Shown here in pieces: positions 30,011-40,163 of a stretch of 64,000 nt of DNA. Source of the DNA: Flavobacteriales bacterium. Lineage in GTDB: Bacteria; Bacteroidota; Bacteroidia; Flavobacteriales_D; Parvicellaceae. The translations under genes and the position numbers were made by a program. The notes under the pieces were generated by a model. That model made no database searches and was not told the DNA's origin. It worked only from the letters and a program-made list of their open reading frames with translations. How positions within the stretch are numbered: position 1 is the first letter of the stretch; each line of letters starts with the position of its first letter. Location of the stretch: assembly GCA_029251405.1 (NCBI GenBank), contig JAQXDK010000044.1:5118-69117 (forward strand), in the 5' to 3' direction.

Positions 30011-31203
30011 TGTATTGAATCAAAAAATGATACTAATTTTTTAGATATTTTCTTATAATCATAGCTTTTCACTACGTGTTCTCTTGCATTTTGTCCAATT
30101 TCATTTTTGTTGTATGAATTCTTAAATAGTTTTAGAGCTGCTTCCGAAAATTCTTCAGGGCTATCAGCAATAATTATATTTTTTAAATTTTCATATTTTA
30201 AACCTTCTGCACCAATTGTTGTTGACACAATTGTTTTTCCATAAGCCATTCCTTCAATAATTTTCACTCTTATTCCACCAGCTGATAAAAGTGGAACTAA
30301 CATAATGTCATTATTATTAATAAATTTTGATGCATCTTCAATCTCCTTGTGGTTAAAAACATTTTTAAAATCTTTATTAAAAATCCAATCAGGCATATTT
30401 TTACCAGCTAAATGAAGTTCTGCATTTGGAATCTGTTCTAAAATTTTGGGCCATATATCGTTTAATAACCAGCTAATGGCTTCTAAATTTGGTTTCCAGT
30501 CCATTGCACCAATATGAAAAAACTTTAAATTTTCATCATCTTTTTTTATAGGTTTATATTTTGAGGTATCAATTCCAAAAGGGATGGTTTTTACAGGGAC
30601 TGGACATTTCAGCTCAATATACTTATCCTTATCTTTTTCGCTTATCGTTGCAATACCGTCAATATTTTGTAAAACATCTAACTCATACTTTTTTAATTGG
30701 TTAGACAGTAATTTTAGATATACTTTTTTAGCAGGATTTGCACTTTCTTTGGATAACCTTTTCCAAATTATGTACTCTAGGTTATGTGATCTTAAGATAA
30801 TTTTAGCAGCACTGAAACTTTTTACAGTTTCAATATATGGTGTTGTAAATAAACTTTCTAATAGAACAATATCATAAGTATTGGCTTTTAGAGTTTTAAT
30901 GATTAGGCTATTAAAGTCCGGAGAAAAAAATCTAGATATATTATAAGAATCATAGGTTACTAAATTTGAAAAAGCATCTACAATATTGACTTTTGTGTCG
31001 ATAAAAACAGACTCTATTGAAGATTTATCAATAAAGTCTTTGGTGTAATACTTGACATCAAAAGGGTGCTTAACCGTACTTATAGTTAAGATTTTAACAT
31101 TTTCAACTTCGTTTATGAGACCATTTGAAATGTTGTTTATTGCAATACATCCACCATCAATAGAAGGAAGTGGTGGCTTATGACATATTTGAAGTACTCT
31201 CAT
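30007..31203 (-). CDS. Glycosyltransferase, GT4-like (GT-B fold)
   Basis: N-terminal MRVLQICHK.P.PS.DGG and C-terminal PLLSAGGIRVKIIEGMAYGK..V motifs typical of GT4 enzymes. Confidence 0.75.
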   Translation of the reverse strand: MRVLQICHKPPLPSIDGGCIAINNISNGLINEVENVKILTISTVKHPFDVKYYTKDFIDKSSIESVFIDTKVNIVDAFSNLVTYDSYNISRFFSPDFNSLIIKTLKANTYDIVLLESLFTTPYIETVKSFSAAKIILRSHNLEYIIWKRLSKESANPAKKVYLKLLSNQLKKYELDVLQNIDGIATISEKDKDKYIELKCPVPVKTIPFGIDTSKYKPIKKDDENLKFFHIGAMDWKPNLEAISWLLNDIWPKILEQIPNAELHLAGKNMPDWIFNKDFKNVFNHKEIEDASKFINNNDIMLVPLLSAGGIRVKIIEGMAYGKTIVSTTIGAEGLKYENLKNIIIADSPEEFSEAALKLFKNSYNKNEIGQNAREHVVKSYDYKKISKKLVSFFDSIQ

Positions 31204-32650
31204 TTTTTAAAAATATTTTTCTAAACACCTTACTATACCAATCAAGTTCAAATATTTTAGCGTCTTTATTTGCTTTGTAGAATATAAAGATAGAAATAGG
31301 AGTTATACATATAGAACTCAACCACATTCCCAAATTGGGAGCAATACTTAAACTGGAAGACATTTCTTCTCCCGCTCTTGTGATAATAAAATAAATTAAA
31401 AATATTAGGATGGCAGTGATAACAGGCCACCCTAATCCTCCTTTTTTAACAATAGAACCCAGAGGAGCTCCCAAGAAAAATAACATAAATACAGCATATG
31501 ATAATGTAAATTTTCTATTCCACTCAATTTTAAGATTTACTAAGAAGTTATCTGTAGCTATTTTTTTAGCCTTAGCTATTTTTAAATGATTTCTAATTTG
31601 GTCTATTTTTTTGATAGCTGTTTGATGGTCTTTCTTAGTTCCTAAAATGGATTGGTTTTTAGTTATAAGATTTAGATAATCAAAATTAGCAGGCTCAACA
31701 GTTTGATTGCTATCTTTTAATAGAGAAATTTCGTTAATTAATAAGCTTTCAATTTTATTATGTTGTTTTTTATTGTGTTTTTTTATAGAGTCGTTAAGGT
31801 TGTAAATTTGAGATAGACTTAATAAATATTGATCTCTCTTATAAGAACTTTCGTTAGATCTTTCAAATTCAAACTTGTTAAGTTCAAACTTCAATATAGT
31901 TTTCTGAAAATTATATTTAGTAAAAGGTAATTTAGAATCTTTAAAAGATTCAGTATTCCATTCCTGTACCATATATCCATTAATAAGTTCTAACTCAAGA
32001 GTCCCTTTATTTTCTGGATTAATAAGTCTTCCTTTTTCAGCTCTTATAACTCTTTTAAAATCCCGGGGATCTTTTTTGTAAGACCAAGCTCCAATGGATT
32101 GTTTATTCATATTGGAATGATCATATATTAATACATCATTAAATTTTTTTCCATCAGCACTTTTATCACCAATTCTAATGGAAAACAAGTCTGATTTGAA
32201 AAAAACACCAGGTTGAAGAACTAAAGCAACTTTTGTATTTTGAATATCTCTTAAAAGTACTCTCATTTTAAAATTCGCAACTGGCCATAGACTGTTAGTG
32301 AAGTAAAATGCAAGAAGAGAAATAAATAATATGACAACCATTAGAGGTTTCATTATTTTAATGAGAGAAATTCCAGAAGCCTTTAGAGCTAGTAATTCTT
32401 TCTTTTCACCAAGGCTCCCAAAAGTCATAATGGACGCCAACAGTACAGATAAGGGTAAAGCAAGAGGAACCCAATTAGCAGAAGCATAGGTGAGGAGTTC
32501 TAGAATAATAGTCCATTCCAATCCTTTCCCCATTAAATCGTCAACATACAGCCATAAGAACTGCATGTCAAGGATAATCATCCAAATAATAAAGTTTAGA
32601 AAAAATGGCCCAAGAAAAGAGGCTATAATCATCCAGCTAATTCTCTTCAA
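31178..32650 (-). CDS. LptF/LptG (YjgP/YjgQ) family permease
   Basis: Multi-TM N-terminal block (FLGPFFLNF...), a large central periplasmic insert, and three C-terminal TM helices. GE..ALKASGIS motif. Confidence 0.75.
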   Translation of the reverse strand: MKRISWMIIASFLGPFFLNFIIWMIILDMQFLWLYVDDLMGKGLEWTIILELLTYASANWVPLALPLSVLLASIMTFGSLGEKKELLALKASGISLIKIMKPLMVVILFISLLAFYFTNSLWPVANFKMRVLLRDIQNTKVALVLQPGVFFKSDLFSIRIGDKSADGKKFNDVLIYDHSNMNKQSIGAWSYKKDPRDFKRVIRAEKGRLINPENKGTLELELINGYMVQEWNTESFKDSKLPFTKYNFQKTILKFELNKFEFERSNESSYKRDQYLLSLSQIYNLNDSIKKHNKKQHNKIESLLINEISLLKDSNQTVEPANFDYLNLITKNQSILGTKKDHQTAIKKIDQIRNHLKIAKAKKIATDNFLVNLKIEWNRKFTLSYAVFMLFFLGAPLGSIVKKGGLGWPVITAILIFLIYFIITRAGEEMSSSLSIAPNLGMWLSSICITPISIFIFYKANKDAKIFELDWYSKVFRKIFLKNESTSNMS

Positions 32651-32683
32651 ATTAATTTAAATTAAAAGATTATTAAAAGTAAA

Positions 32684-33067
32684 TTATCCTCCTATGGCTT
32701 GTTTTAGTTTATGAATGTTATTATCCCAAAGAAGTGTTAATTCTTCTTCTTCATCTGCATCCTCATAAAAATCGGTAACAATTAACGCAACTTCTTTAGT
32801 CAAGTCGTCAATTCTGATAGTCATCTCAAAAAAGGTCTCATCATCATCATCCTCTTCCCATTTAAATCTGATTGATTCTCCTTTTCTTACATTTTTAAGA
32901 ACGGCGGTTTCTTCACTGCCATCCCAAAAAAAAGTGAACTTATCATCTTTTAAATTAACATCATCACAAAACCATTCGGATAAACCACTTGCTGTGGTTA
33001 GACAATTAAATAAAATAATTGGGGAAGTGTTTATGAGGTACTCTAATTCTAACTTGGCTTTACTCAT
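32684..33067 (-). CDS. START-like / AHSA1-like small acidic protein
   Basis: 127 aa. SPIILFNCLTTASGLSEWFCDDVN...FTFFWDGSEE resembles the START-like domain proteins common in Flavobacteriia. Assignment is from memory only. Confidence 0.5.
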   Translation of the reverse strand: MSKAKLELEYLINTSPIILFNCLTTASGLSEWFCDDVNLKDDKFTFFWDGSEETAVLKNVRKGESIRFKWEEDDDDETFFEMTIRIDDLTKEVALIVTDFYEDADEEEELTLLWDNNIHKLKQAIGG

Positions 33068-33181
33068 CTAAGAAATATATACTTTTTTAATATGTCAGCA
33101 ATATAGAAAAAATTAAATACAAAGTGTACATAAGATAAAAAATCATTAATTTTTATTTACTAATTGAATGTTAAAAATATA

Positions 33182-33189
33182 TATATTTG
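33182..33189 (+). promoter_or_regulatory. -7 promoter box for the tRNA gene
   Basis: TATATTTG matches TAnnTTTG, 12 nt before the mature tRNA 5' end. Confidence 0.4.
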
Positions 33190-33200
33190 TCGCCTAATTT

Positions 33201-33274
33201 GGCGCGGTAGCTCAGACGGTTAGAGCGCAGGATTCATAACCCTGAGGTCGGGGGTTCGATTCCCCCCCGCGCCA
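33201..33274 (+). tRNA. tRNA with CAT anticodon (elongator Met, or Ile2 if lysidine-modified)
   Basis: Hand-folded cloverleaf: acceptor GGCGCGG/CCGCGCC, D arm GCTC-AGACGGTTA-GAGC, anticodon arm CAGGA-TTCATAA-CCCTG, variable loop AGGTC, T arm GGGGG-TTCGATT-CCCCC, discriminator A. No encoded CCA. The G1-C72 pair argues against an initiator. Confidence 0.9.
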
Positions 33275-33285
33275 CTATACTTTTT

Positions 33286-34173
33286 TCAAGATTCTTTTAT
33301 TGCTTTAGCAACTCTTTCCACACACATTTTTTCTTTTCTTTTATGCCATTTATTACCGATCAAAAAATTCATTGTTTTGTCAAATGGCATTGTTAGTGTC
33401 ATGAATTTAATTCCTTTTAACAACCCCCTTGGAGTTACTGCCAATTTTCTAAATGCAACAGAAATTCCTCCAGTAAGATAAGTGTTGTAGTGCCAATGTC
33501 CGCTAGGCATGAAAACTCCATCTCCAGCTTCTTGAGTTATTTGATACCCTTTAACATGTTTAAGCCCAGGAAAATCTTTGAAATTTACATTTTTTAAATC
33601 CACTAGTGAATGGGTGTTAAAAGGCATCTTGTATAAATACTTGCTGTATTGAGGAGGAAATAGAATTACTTTTTTACTCCCGTAAAATTGTGTCAATAGC
33701 ACATTAGAATAATCAACATCATAATGAAGTCTCACATCAGTATCTTTTCCACCCAAAAACATAAAACCGAATCGTCTCATTGGATTTAACTTTCTTATCA
33801 AAGATGGGCAAGAAAAATCTTTTCTTAAAACTGGGTTTTGTTTATATAGATTGTATCTAAACATTCGTATTGAACTTGGTTCATCTTTAGTAATTAAGTC
33901 TAAGAAATCACCAAACCCCATTTTTTTATCGGGGTTAACTGTAGTAGAGTACACATGTTTTTTTTCGTTGTTATCAAAAACACCAATTTGTAAATCACCC
34001 ATAGTTTTTTTAAACCAATCAATAGTCCATTTTTTACCAGCAGGTTGTAAGTTGGCGAGTCCTTTAATAAGAACCGGCTTACCTGGTAATAAGTATTTTT
34101 TTTTGAAATCATTATACGACAAGTCTTCTGCATGTTCTACAGCTATTTCCAAACTTAAATCTATGTTTTGCAT
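33286..34173 (-). CDS. Cupin-like / JmjC-domain protein
   Basis: Cupin_8-type pattern with the predicted facial triad HYDVD...HWH (RLHYDVDYSNV; PSGHWHYN). Confidence 0.7.
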   Translation of the reverse strand: MQNIDLSLEIAVEHAEDLSYNDFKKKYLLPGKPVLIKGLANLQPAGKKWTIDWFKKTMGDLQIGVFDNNEKKHVYSTTVNPDKKMGFGDFLDLITKDEPSSIRMFRYNLYKQNPVLRKDFSCPSLIRKLNPMRRFGFMFLGGKDTDVRLHYDVDYSNVLLTQFYGSKKVILFPPQYSKYLYKMPFNTHSLVDLKNVNFKDFPGLKHVKGYQITQEAGDGVFMPSGHWHYNTYLTGGISVAFRKLAVTPRGLLKGIKFMTLTMPFDKTMNFLIGNKWHKRKEKMCVERVAKAIKES

Positions 34174-34352
34174 TTATTGAATTAATAGATAATAATTTCA
34201 AAATTAAATAAAATATAGATAGGAAATTTATATAAAACAGCATTATTTTTAAAGTAAAAATTTATGAGGTTTTTAGTTCATTTTATTTGTTATTTTATGA
34301 AGAATCCTTAGACGAAATAGTAGTGTATTTTAATTAATCATAATATTACATT

Positions 34353-35357
34353 ATGAGGGTTTCTCTTCTAGAGTTTAACATAAATGGAATTTATTGTCCT
34401 CAAGCAGATACCTATATAGATGCTTGGAGGCCAGTAGATAGAGTCATTATTTCTCATGGTCATGCAGATCATTCTAAATATGGACATAAAAAATATTTAA
34501 CTCATCACTTCAATGTTCCTATAGTTAAACATAGATTGGGTAAAGTTAATATTGAAGGAAAGAGCTGGGGGGAAAGATTTACGATCAATGGAGTTCACTT
34601 TTCCTTACATCCAGCAGGGCATGTCATTGGTTCATCACAAGTTAAAATTGAATACAAGGGCGAAGTTTGGGTTTACAGTGGTGATTATAAGAGAGAAAAC
34701 GACGGAATTTCTACACCCTTTGAATTAGTTAAGTGTCATACTTTTATTACTGAATGTACTTTTGGCATTCCAGCTTTTAGTTGGAAGAACCAAAATGAGG
34801 TGATGGAGGAAATTAATCAATTTTGGAACGAATGTAAATTACTTAACCAGACCGCAATTGTTTTTGCATACAGCTTAGGTAAAGCACAACGATTAATAGC
34901 TAATTTAAATCTTGATATTGGAAAAATATATACCCACGCAGCTGTTGAAAATTTAAATGAAGTTATAAGAACATACAAAAATCTACCAGAAACATATAAA
35001 ATAACTAGAGAGACTAAGAAGGAAGAATTGCTAGGGAATTTAGTAATTGCACCTCCAAGTACTCATGGATCTTCATGGTTGAAAAAAATGGTTCCCTACG
35101 TAACTTCTTCCGCTAGTGGTTGGATGACTTTCAGAGGTGCTAGAAGAAGAAGAGCTATTGATAGAGGTTTTGTACTTTCTGACCATGTAGACTGGAAAGA
35201 TTTAGTAAAAACAATCAGAGAAACAGAAGCAGAAAACATTGTATGTACACACGGATACAAAGAAATTTTTTCTAAATATTTAAATGAAATCGGATACAAC
35301 GCTTTTATAGAAAATACTCCGTTTGAAGAGAATGAATTATTAGTTGAAAATGATTGA
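34353..35357 (+). CDS. Ligase-associated DNA damage response exonuclease (metallo-beta-lactamase / beta-CASP fold)
   Basis: GIYCPQADTYIDAW.PVD..IISHGHADH (HxHxDH motif). Sits immediately upstream of, and overlaps, the ATP-dependent ligase gene. Confidence 0.85.
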   Translation: MRVSLLEFNINGIYCPQADTYIDAWRPVDRVIISHGHADHSKYGHKKYLTHHFNVPIVKHRLGKVNIEGKSWGERFTINGVHFSLHPAGHVIGSSQVKIEYKGEVWVYSGDYKRENDGISTPFELVKCHTFITECTFGIPAFSWKNQNEVMEEINQFWNECKLLNQTAIVFAYSLGKAQRLIANLNLDIGKIYTHAAVENLNEVIRTYKNLPETYKITRETKKEELLGNLVIAPPSTHGSSWLKKMVPYVTSSASGWMTFRGARRRRAIDRGFVLSDHVDWKDLVKTIRETEAENIVCTHGYKEIFSKYLNEIGYNAFIENTPFEENELLVEND

Positions 35358-36957
35358 TTTTGCTTCATTAATAGAACAGACAGATAAGACAACTAAAACC
35401 AATCAGAAGGTAAAAGCTCTAGACGATTTCTTTAAACATGCTTCTGACAAAGATAAGGTATGGGCAATCGCCCTTTTTTCTTCAAGAAGACCCAAGAGAG
35501 CTATAAAAACTTCTTCTTTAAGGGGTTTTGCTGCGGAACTTGCAAATATTCCATTATGGTTATTTGAAGAAAGTTATCATATAGTGGGAGATTTAGCAGA
35601 AACTATTGCTTTGATAGTTCCAGAAACTCATCATAAAAACCTTTCATTAAAACTTACTTTATCAGACATTATTGAGGAAATTATTGACTTGAAAAATCTA
35701 AGTGAACAAGACCAAAAAAAATACCTCTTCGATCGTTGGTCTAGTTTGAATTATTACTCAAGATTTGTTTTCAATAAATTAATTACTGGTGGTTTTAGAA
35801 TTGGTGTTAGTCAACGATTAATGACCAAGTCATTAGCAAATGTTACTGGAATAGATAAAGATATCATTGCTTATCAAATTATGGGCGATTGGAAACCATC
35901 AGAAATCTCTTTTAAAGACTTGATATTGTCTCCAAAAAAAGAATCACTTATTTACAAACCCTACCCATTTTATTTGGCTCACGCTATAGATGTTAAGTTA
36001 GAAAATCTAGGAGATTGTAGTCATTGGATTTATGAAAATAAATGGGATGGAATTAGAGCTCAATTAATTAAAAGAAGCAATGAAGTAATGCTTTGGTCGA
36101 GAGGAGGTGAGCTTATAAGTTCCCAATTCCCAGAAATAATTGAAATGGGTAATATGATCGAAAATGGAACTGTAATTGATGGTGAAATTTTACCTTTTAA
36201 CAATGGGAATATTGGTTCATTCAACGATTTACAAAAAAGACTGGGTAGAAAAAACGTAACTAAAAAAACAGTTAATAATAATCCCACGATTTTAAAAGCT
36301 TACGATTTATTAGAGCATAACCATTCAGATATTAGAATAAAGTCTTATGCAAATAGAAGAGAAGCACTTAATAAGCTTGTTTTAGATGTTAACCATCCTA
36401 ATTTAGATATCTCTGATTTTCATGAGATTAAAAATTGGGAAGATGTTGTTACTGCCCATTCACTAGCAAGATCTAAAAATAGTGAGGGTTTAATGATAAA
36501 AAATAAAAATGCAGTTTATAAAGTTGGTAGAAAAAAAGGAGATTGGTGGAAATGGAAAGTCGATCCTCTAACAATAGATGCTGTTTTAACTTATGCTATG
36601 AGAGGACACGGGAGAAGAGCTAATTTGTTTACAGATTACACTTTTGGCTTGTGGCGGATCAAAAATGATGAAAAAAAAGAATTGGTGACATTTGCAAAAG
36701 CTTACTCTGGATTAACTGACAAAGAGTTTAAAAAAGTAGATGCTTTTATAAAAAAAAATACTTTAGAAAGATTTGGTCCTGTTAGAAGCGTTCAACCTCA
36801 ACTCGTTTTCGAAATTGCATTTGAGGGAATCGCTCCATCTTCTCGTCATAAGTCTGGTTTTGCTGTTAGGTTTCCAAGAATTTTGAGATGGAGAATTGAT
36901 AAAAGTATAAATGAGGCAAATAGTATTAACGATTTAGAAAATTTACTGCATGTCTGA
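35344..36957 (+). CDS. ATP-dependent DNA ligase
   Basis: Adenylation motif I YENKWDGIRAQ (Lys nucleophile), motif III/IV region DGEIL, motif V GLMIKN, motif VI-like RFPR. 537 aa. Confidence 0.9.
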   Translation: MKMIDFASLIEQTDKTTKTNQKVKALDDFFKHASDKDKVWAIALFSSRRPKRAIKTSSLRGFAAELANIPLWLFEESYHIVGDLAETIALIVPETHHKNLSLKLTLSDIIEEIIDLKNLSEQDQKKYLFDRWSSLNYYSRFVFNKLITGGFRIGVSQRLMTKSLANVTGIDKDIIAYQIMGDWKPSEISFKDLILSPKKESLIYKPYPFYLAHAIDVKLENLGDCSHWIYENKWDGIRAQLIKRSNEVMLWSRGGELISSQFPEIIEMGNMIENGTVIDGEILPFNNGNIGSFNDLQKRLGRKNVTKKTVNNNPTILKAYDLLEHNHSDIRIKSYANRREALNKLVLDVNHPNLDISDFHEIKNWEDVVTAHSLARSKNSEGLMIKNKNAVYKVGRKKGDWWKWKVDPLTIDAVLTYAMRGHGRRANLFTDYTFGLWRIKNDEKKELVTFAKAYSGLTDKEFKKVDAFIKKNTLERFGPVRSVQPQLVFEIAFEGIAPSSRHKSGFAVRFPRILRWRIDKSINEANSINDLENLLHV

Positions 36958-39376
36958 CTTTGAAAGCTGGGTTACAAATTGGATGGGTAAGAAGAACTGG
37001 AAACCTCAAAAATTTCAGTCAGATACTTGGAAAGCAGTTCTTAGTGGATACTCGGGATTAGTAAATGCACCTACAGGAAGTGGTAAAACACTGTCCTTAT
37101 TACCACCAATTTTGTGGCCTAATAAAGATTGTTCTTTAAAAACAAATGTTTTTTGCATTTGGATTACTCCTCTGAGATCATTATCCCAACAGATTAGAAT
37201 ATCTATGGAAGAATTTATTGATGAAAATAACTTGAATTTAACTGTTGGAATAAGAAATGGAGATACCCCTCAAAAAATAAGAAACCTTCAAAGGAAAAAA
37301 TTCCCTCATATTTTAATAACTACTCCCGAAAGTCTTCAATTACTAATTTCATCTAAAGATTGGGTTAAAAAGTTTTCTTCTTTACAAGCAGTTGTTGTAG
37401 ATGAATGGCATGAATTAATTGGTTCAAAAAGAGGAGTTCAAACAGAGCTATGTATAGCTGCTTTACAAAATTTAAACTCAAAAATATCGATATGGGGTAT
37501 TTCAGCTACCATTGGTAATTTGAAAGAAGCAATGTCTGTTTTGTTAGGTGATTTGAATAAAAATGAAAAAAGGGTATTAATTCAATCAAATTTTAAAAAG
37601 AAAATTACGGTTCAATCAATTGCACCAAAAGAAATCAAACAAATGCCTTGGAGAGGACACCTTGGTACAAATCTTATTCGTTATTTAACTCCTGTAATAA
37701 ATAAAAGTCAATCAACATTAATTTTTACAAATACTAGATCACAATGTGAATTATGGTACCAAAAAATTTTAGCTGAAATTCCAGAACTTGCTGGAAATAT
37801 GGCCATGCATCATGGTAGTATTTCAAAGGAAATAAGAATATGGGTAGAGGACTCTTTAAGAAATAATCAATTAAAGGTAGTAGTATGTACTTCAAGTTTA
37901 GATTTAGGTGTTGATTTTCATCCTGTTGAAAGTATCATTCAAATTGGTGGCCCGAAAGGAGTAGCTCGTTTTATTCAAAGAGCGGGGAGAAGCGGTCATC
38001 AACCTAATAAAGAAAGTAAGATTTATTTCCTACCCACACATGCAATTGAGTTAATAGAGTGTTCAGCTTTAAATAAAGCAGTTCAACAAGAATATGTGGA
38101 ACAACGAAAACCTTACATATTATGTTTTGATGTTCTTATTCAGTTTTTAATTTCTTTAGCTGTTTCTGAGGGCTTTTATCCCAATAATGTACTTAATTAT
38201 ATCAAAAAAACACATGCATTTTCACTTATAACTCTTCAAGAATGGGAATGGGTTTTAAAAAACATTACAATTGGTTCTAATAGTTTAAAAGCTTATAACG
38301 AATATAAGAAAGTGGATATACTTGAGTCTGGACTATTTAAAGTTAATAGTAGACTTATCGCTATGCGCCATAGACTACAAATTGGGACTATAGTTAGCGA
38401 TGAGCAGTTACAAATAAAATTAATCAATGGTAAAAGGATTGGTGTAATAGAAGAGTGGTTTATTTCTAAACTTAAAAAAGGAGAAGTTTTTTTATTTGGA
38501 GGTCAATTTTATAAGATATTTCAAATTAAAAATATGGAAGTTCTTGTTAAAAAGTCAAAATCAAAAAAAGGAAAAGTTGTCAGCTGGATGGGTGGAAGAA
38601 TGAGTTTTAGCTCCTACATGAGCGAATTACTTAGAAATGAGCTTTATGAATTAAATAATCCACAATTAAATAAAGACATAAGCCCACTAAATTATTTAGC
38701 AAAAATTCAATTACAAATATCAACCATACCTAAAGAAAATGAGTTTTTAATTGAGTCTTTTGAAACTAAGGAAGGTTTTCATACTATTTTTTATCCTTTT
38801 GAAGGAAGATTTGTTCACGAAGCATTAAGTCACTTAATTGCTTATAGAATATCGTTACTAAAGCCTGTGACTTTCTCACTAGCTTATAATGATTACGGTT
38901 TCGAACTATTAAGTGACGAGTTTTTAAATATTGAAAATATTTTAGACAATAATTTATGGAACGAATCCTATTTATTTGAAGATTTAAATCAAAGCATCAA
39001 TACTTCAGAAATGGCCAGACGTAAATTTAGAGATATAGCTGTAATATCAGGCTTGATATTTACAGGTATGCCTAACAAAAGAAAGAAAAATAAAGATTTA
39101 CAATCAGGGTCACAACTGCTCTTCGATGTTTTTAGAGATTACGAACCAGAAAATTTACTTTTTAAGCAATCATTTTCTGAAACTTTTGAATACCAATTAG
39201 AAGAGGGAAGATTGAGAAAAGCATTAATAAGAATTCAGAAACAAAAGTTAATTTGGAAGAAAATATCGAAACCTTCTCCTTTTTCATTTCCTATTATAAC
39301 AGACAGACTAAGAGAAAGTTTAAGTAGTGAACAATTTGACGATAGAATATCTAAAATGTTAAATAATTATTCTTGA
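36950..39376 (+). CDS. Ligase-associated DEXH-box (Lhr-like) helicase
   Basis: Motif I APTGSGKT, motif II VVVDEWHEL, motif III SATIGN, motif VI IQRAGRSGH, and a long C-terminal domain. 8-nt overlap with the ligase. Confidence 0.9.
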   Translation: MSDFESWVTNWMGKKNWKPQKFQSDTWKAVLSGYSGLVNAPTGSGKTLSLLPPILWPNKDCSLKTNVFCIWITPLRSLSQQIRISMEEFIDENNLNLTVGIRNGDTPQKIRNLQRKKFPHILITTPESLQLLISSKDWVKKFSSLQAVVVDEWHELIGSKRGVQTELCIAALQNLNSKISIWGISATIGNLKEAMSVLLGDLNKNEKRVLIQSNFKKKITVQSIAPKEIKQMPWRGHLGTNLIRYLTPVINKSQSTLIFTNTRSQCELWYQKILAEIPELAGNMAMHHGSISKEIRIWVEDSLRNNQLKVVVCTSSLDLGVDFHPVESIIQIGGPKGVARFIQRAGRSGHQPNKESKIYFLPTHAIELIECSALNKAVQQEYVEQRKPYILCFDVLIQFLISLAVSEGFYPNNVLNYIKKTHAFSLITLQEWEWVLKNITIGSNSLKAYNEYKKVDILESGLFKVNSRLIAMRHRLQIGTIVSDEQLQIKLINGKRIGVIEEWFISKLKKGEVFLFGGQFYKIFQIKNMEVLVKKSKSKKGKVVSWMGGRMSFSSYMSELLRNELYELNNPQLNKDISPLNYLAKIQLQISTIPKENEFLIESFETKEGFHTIFYPFEGRFVHEALSHLIAYRISLLKPVTFSLAYNDYGFELLSDEFLNIENILDNNLWNESYLFEDLNQSINTSEMARRKFRDIAVISGLIFTGMPNKRKKNKDLQSGSQLLFDVFRDYEPENLLFKQSFSETFEYQLEEGRLRKALIRIQKQKLIWKKISKPSPFSFPIITDRLRESLSSEQFDDRISKMLNNYS

Positions 39377-40008
39377 AAACTATCGAACATAATATTGAGA
39401 ATCAAAAAATAATATTCGATTACAGAAAATTTCTTTTTTGGGAAAAGGAGTCTGCCTTGATATTAAGTGATGTTCATGTTGGTAAAATCACACACTTTAT
39501 AAAAAACGGAATCCCATTACCAGAAAATAGTTCATTTAGTAACTTAAAATTATTAAAATCAATAATATCAGAATACCAACCTCAAAAAGTCTTTTTTTTA
39601 GGAGATCTATTTCATTCAAATTATAATTCTGAATGGGATGAATGGTTAAGTTTTTTTAAAAATACTAGTATAAGATTCACTTTAATTAAGGGGAATCATG
39701 ATCAATTAAATCATCGAATCGAACAATTAAATATTTATAAAGAATTTTTTCTGCCTCCATTTCATTTTTCTCACTTTCCAGAGCTTGTTGATGGTAAGTT
39801 CAATATTCATGGACATATTCACCCTGCATATAAATTAACTGGAAAAGGAAAACAAGTATTGAAACTACCGTGTTTCCATATTTGTAAAAACAGCCTTACT
39901 TTACCTTCTTTTGGAGCTTTCACTGGTAATCATTTTGTCCGTTTGGAAAATACAAATGATCAAATTTTTATTTTGTCTAAAAATCAAATATTTAAAATCA
40001 AGTCTTAA
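39373..40008 (+). CDS. pdeM: Ligase-associated metallophosphoesterase
   Basis: Calcineurin-like motifs SDVHVGK, LGDLFH, GNHD, HGHIHP. TTGA start/stop overlap with the helicase. Confidence 0.8.
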   Translation: MKTIEHNIENQKIIFDYRKFLFWEKESALILSDVHVGKITHFIKNGIPLPENSSFSNLKLLKSIISEYQPQKVFFLGDLFHSNYNSEWDEWLSFFKNTSIRFTLIKGNHDQLNHRIEQLNIYKEFFLPPFHFSHFPELVDGKFNIHGHIHPAYKLTGKGKQVLKLPCFHICKNSLTLPSFGAFTGNHFVRLENTNDQIFILSKNQIFKIKS

Positions 40009-40163
40009 AATTCAAAATATTAAATTACATTTTAGCACGCGTTTTAGTAAAAAATGTTAAAAAATGATTGATAGTTAACATACTCTAAGTATTTTTATTT
40101 AAATTAATCTAAAATATATATATCAAAAACAACGATTATACATATAATAATTTCAACATAAAA

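Noticed and set aside
33851-34180. Two extra ORFs (109 aa on the plus strand, 77 aa on the minus strand) overlapping the cupin/JmjC gene.
   Set aside because: The 295-aa minus-strand frame carries the HxD...H cupin motifs. The others are low-complexity and lack any signature.
33201-40008. Possible tRNA-targeted genomic island, from the tRNA through the cupin and ligase cassette.
   Set aside because: There is no integrase or recombinase, I could find no direct repeat of the tRNA 3' end downstream, and there is no compositional break visible by eye.
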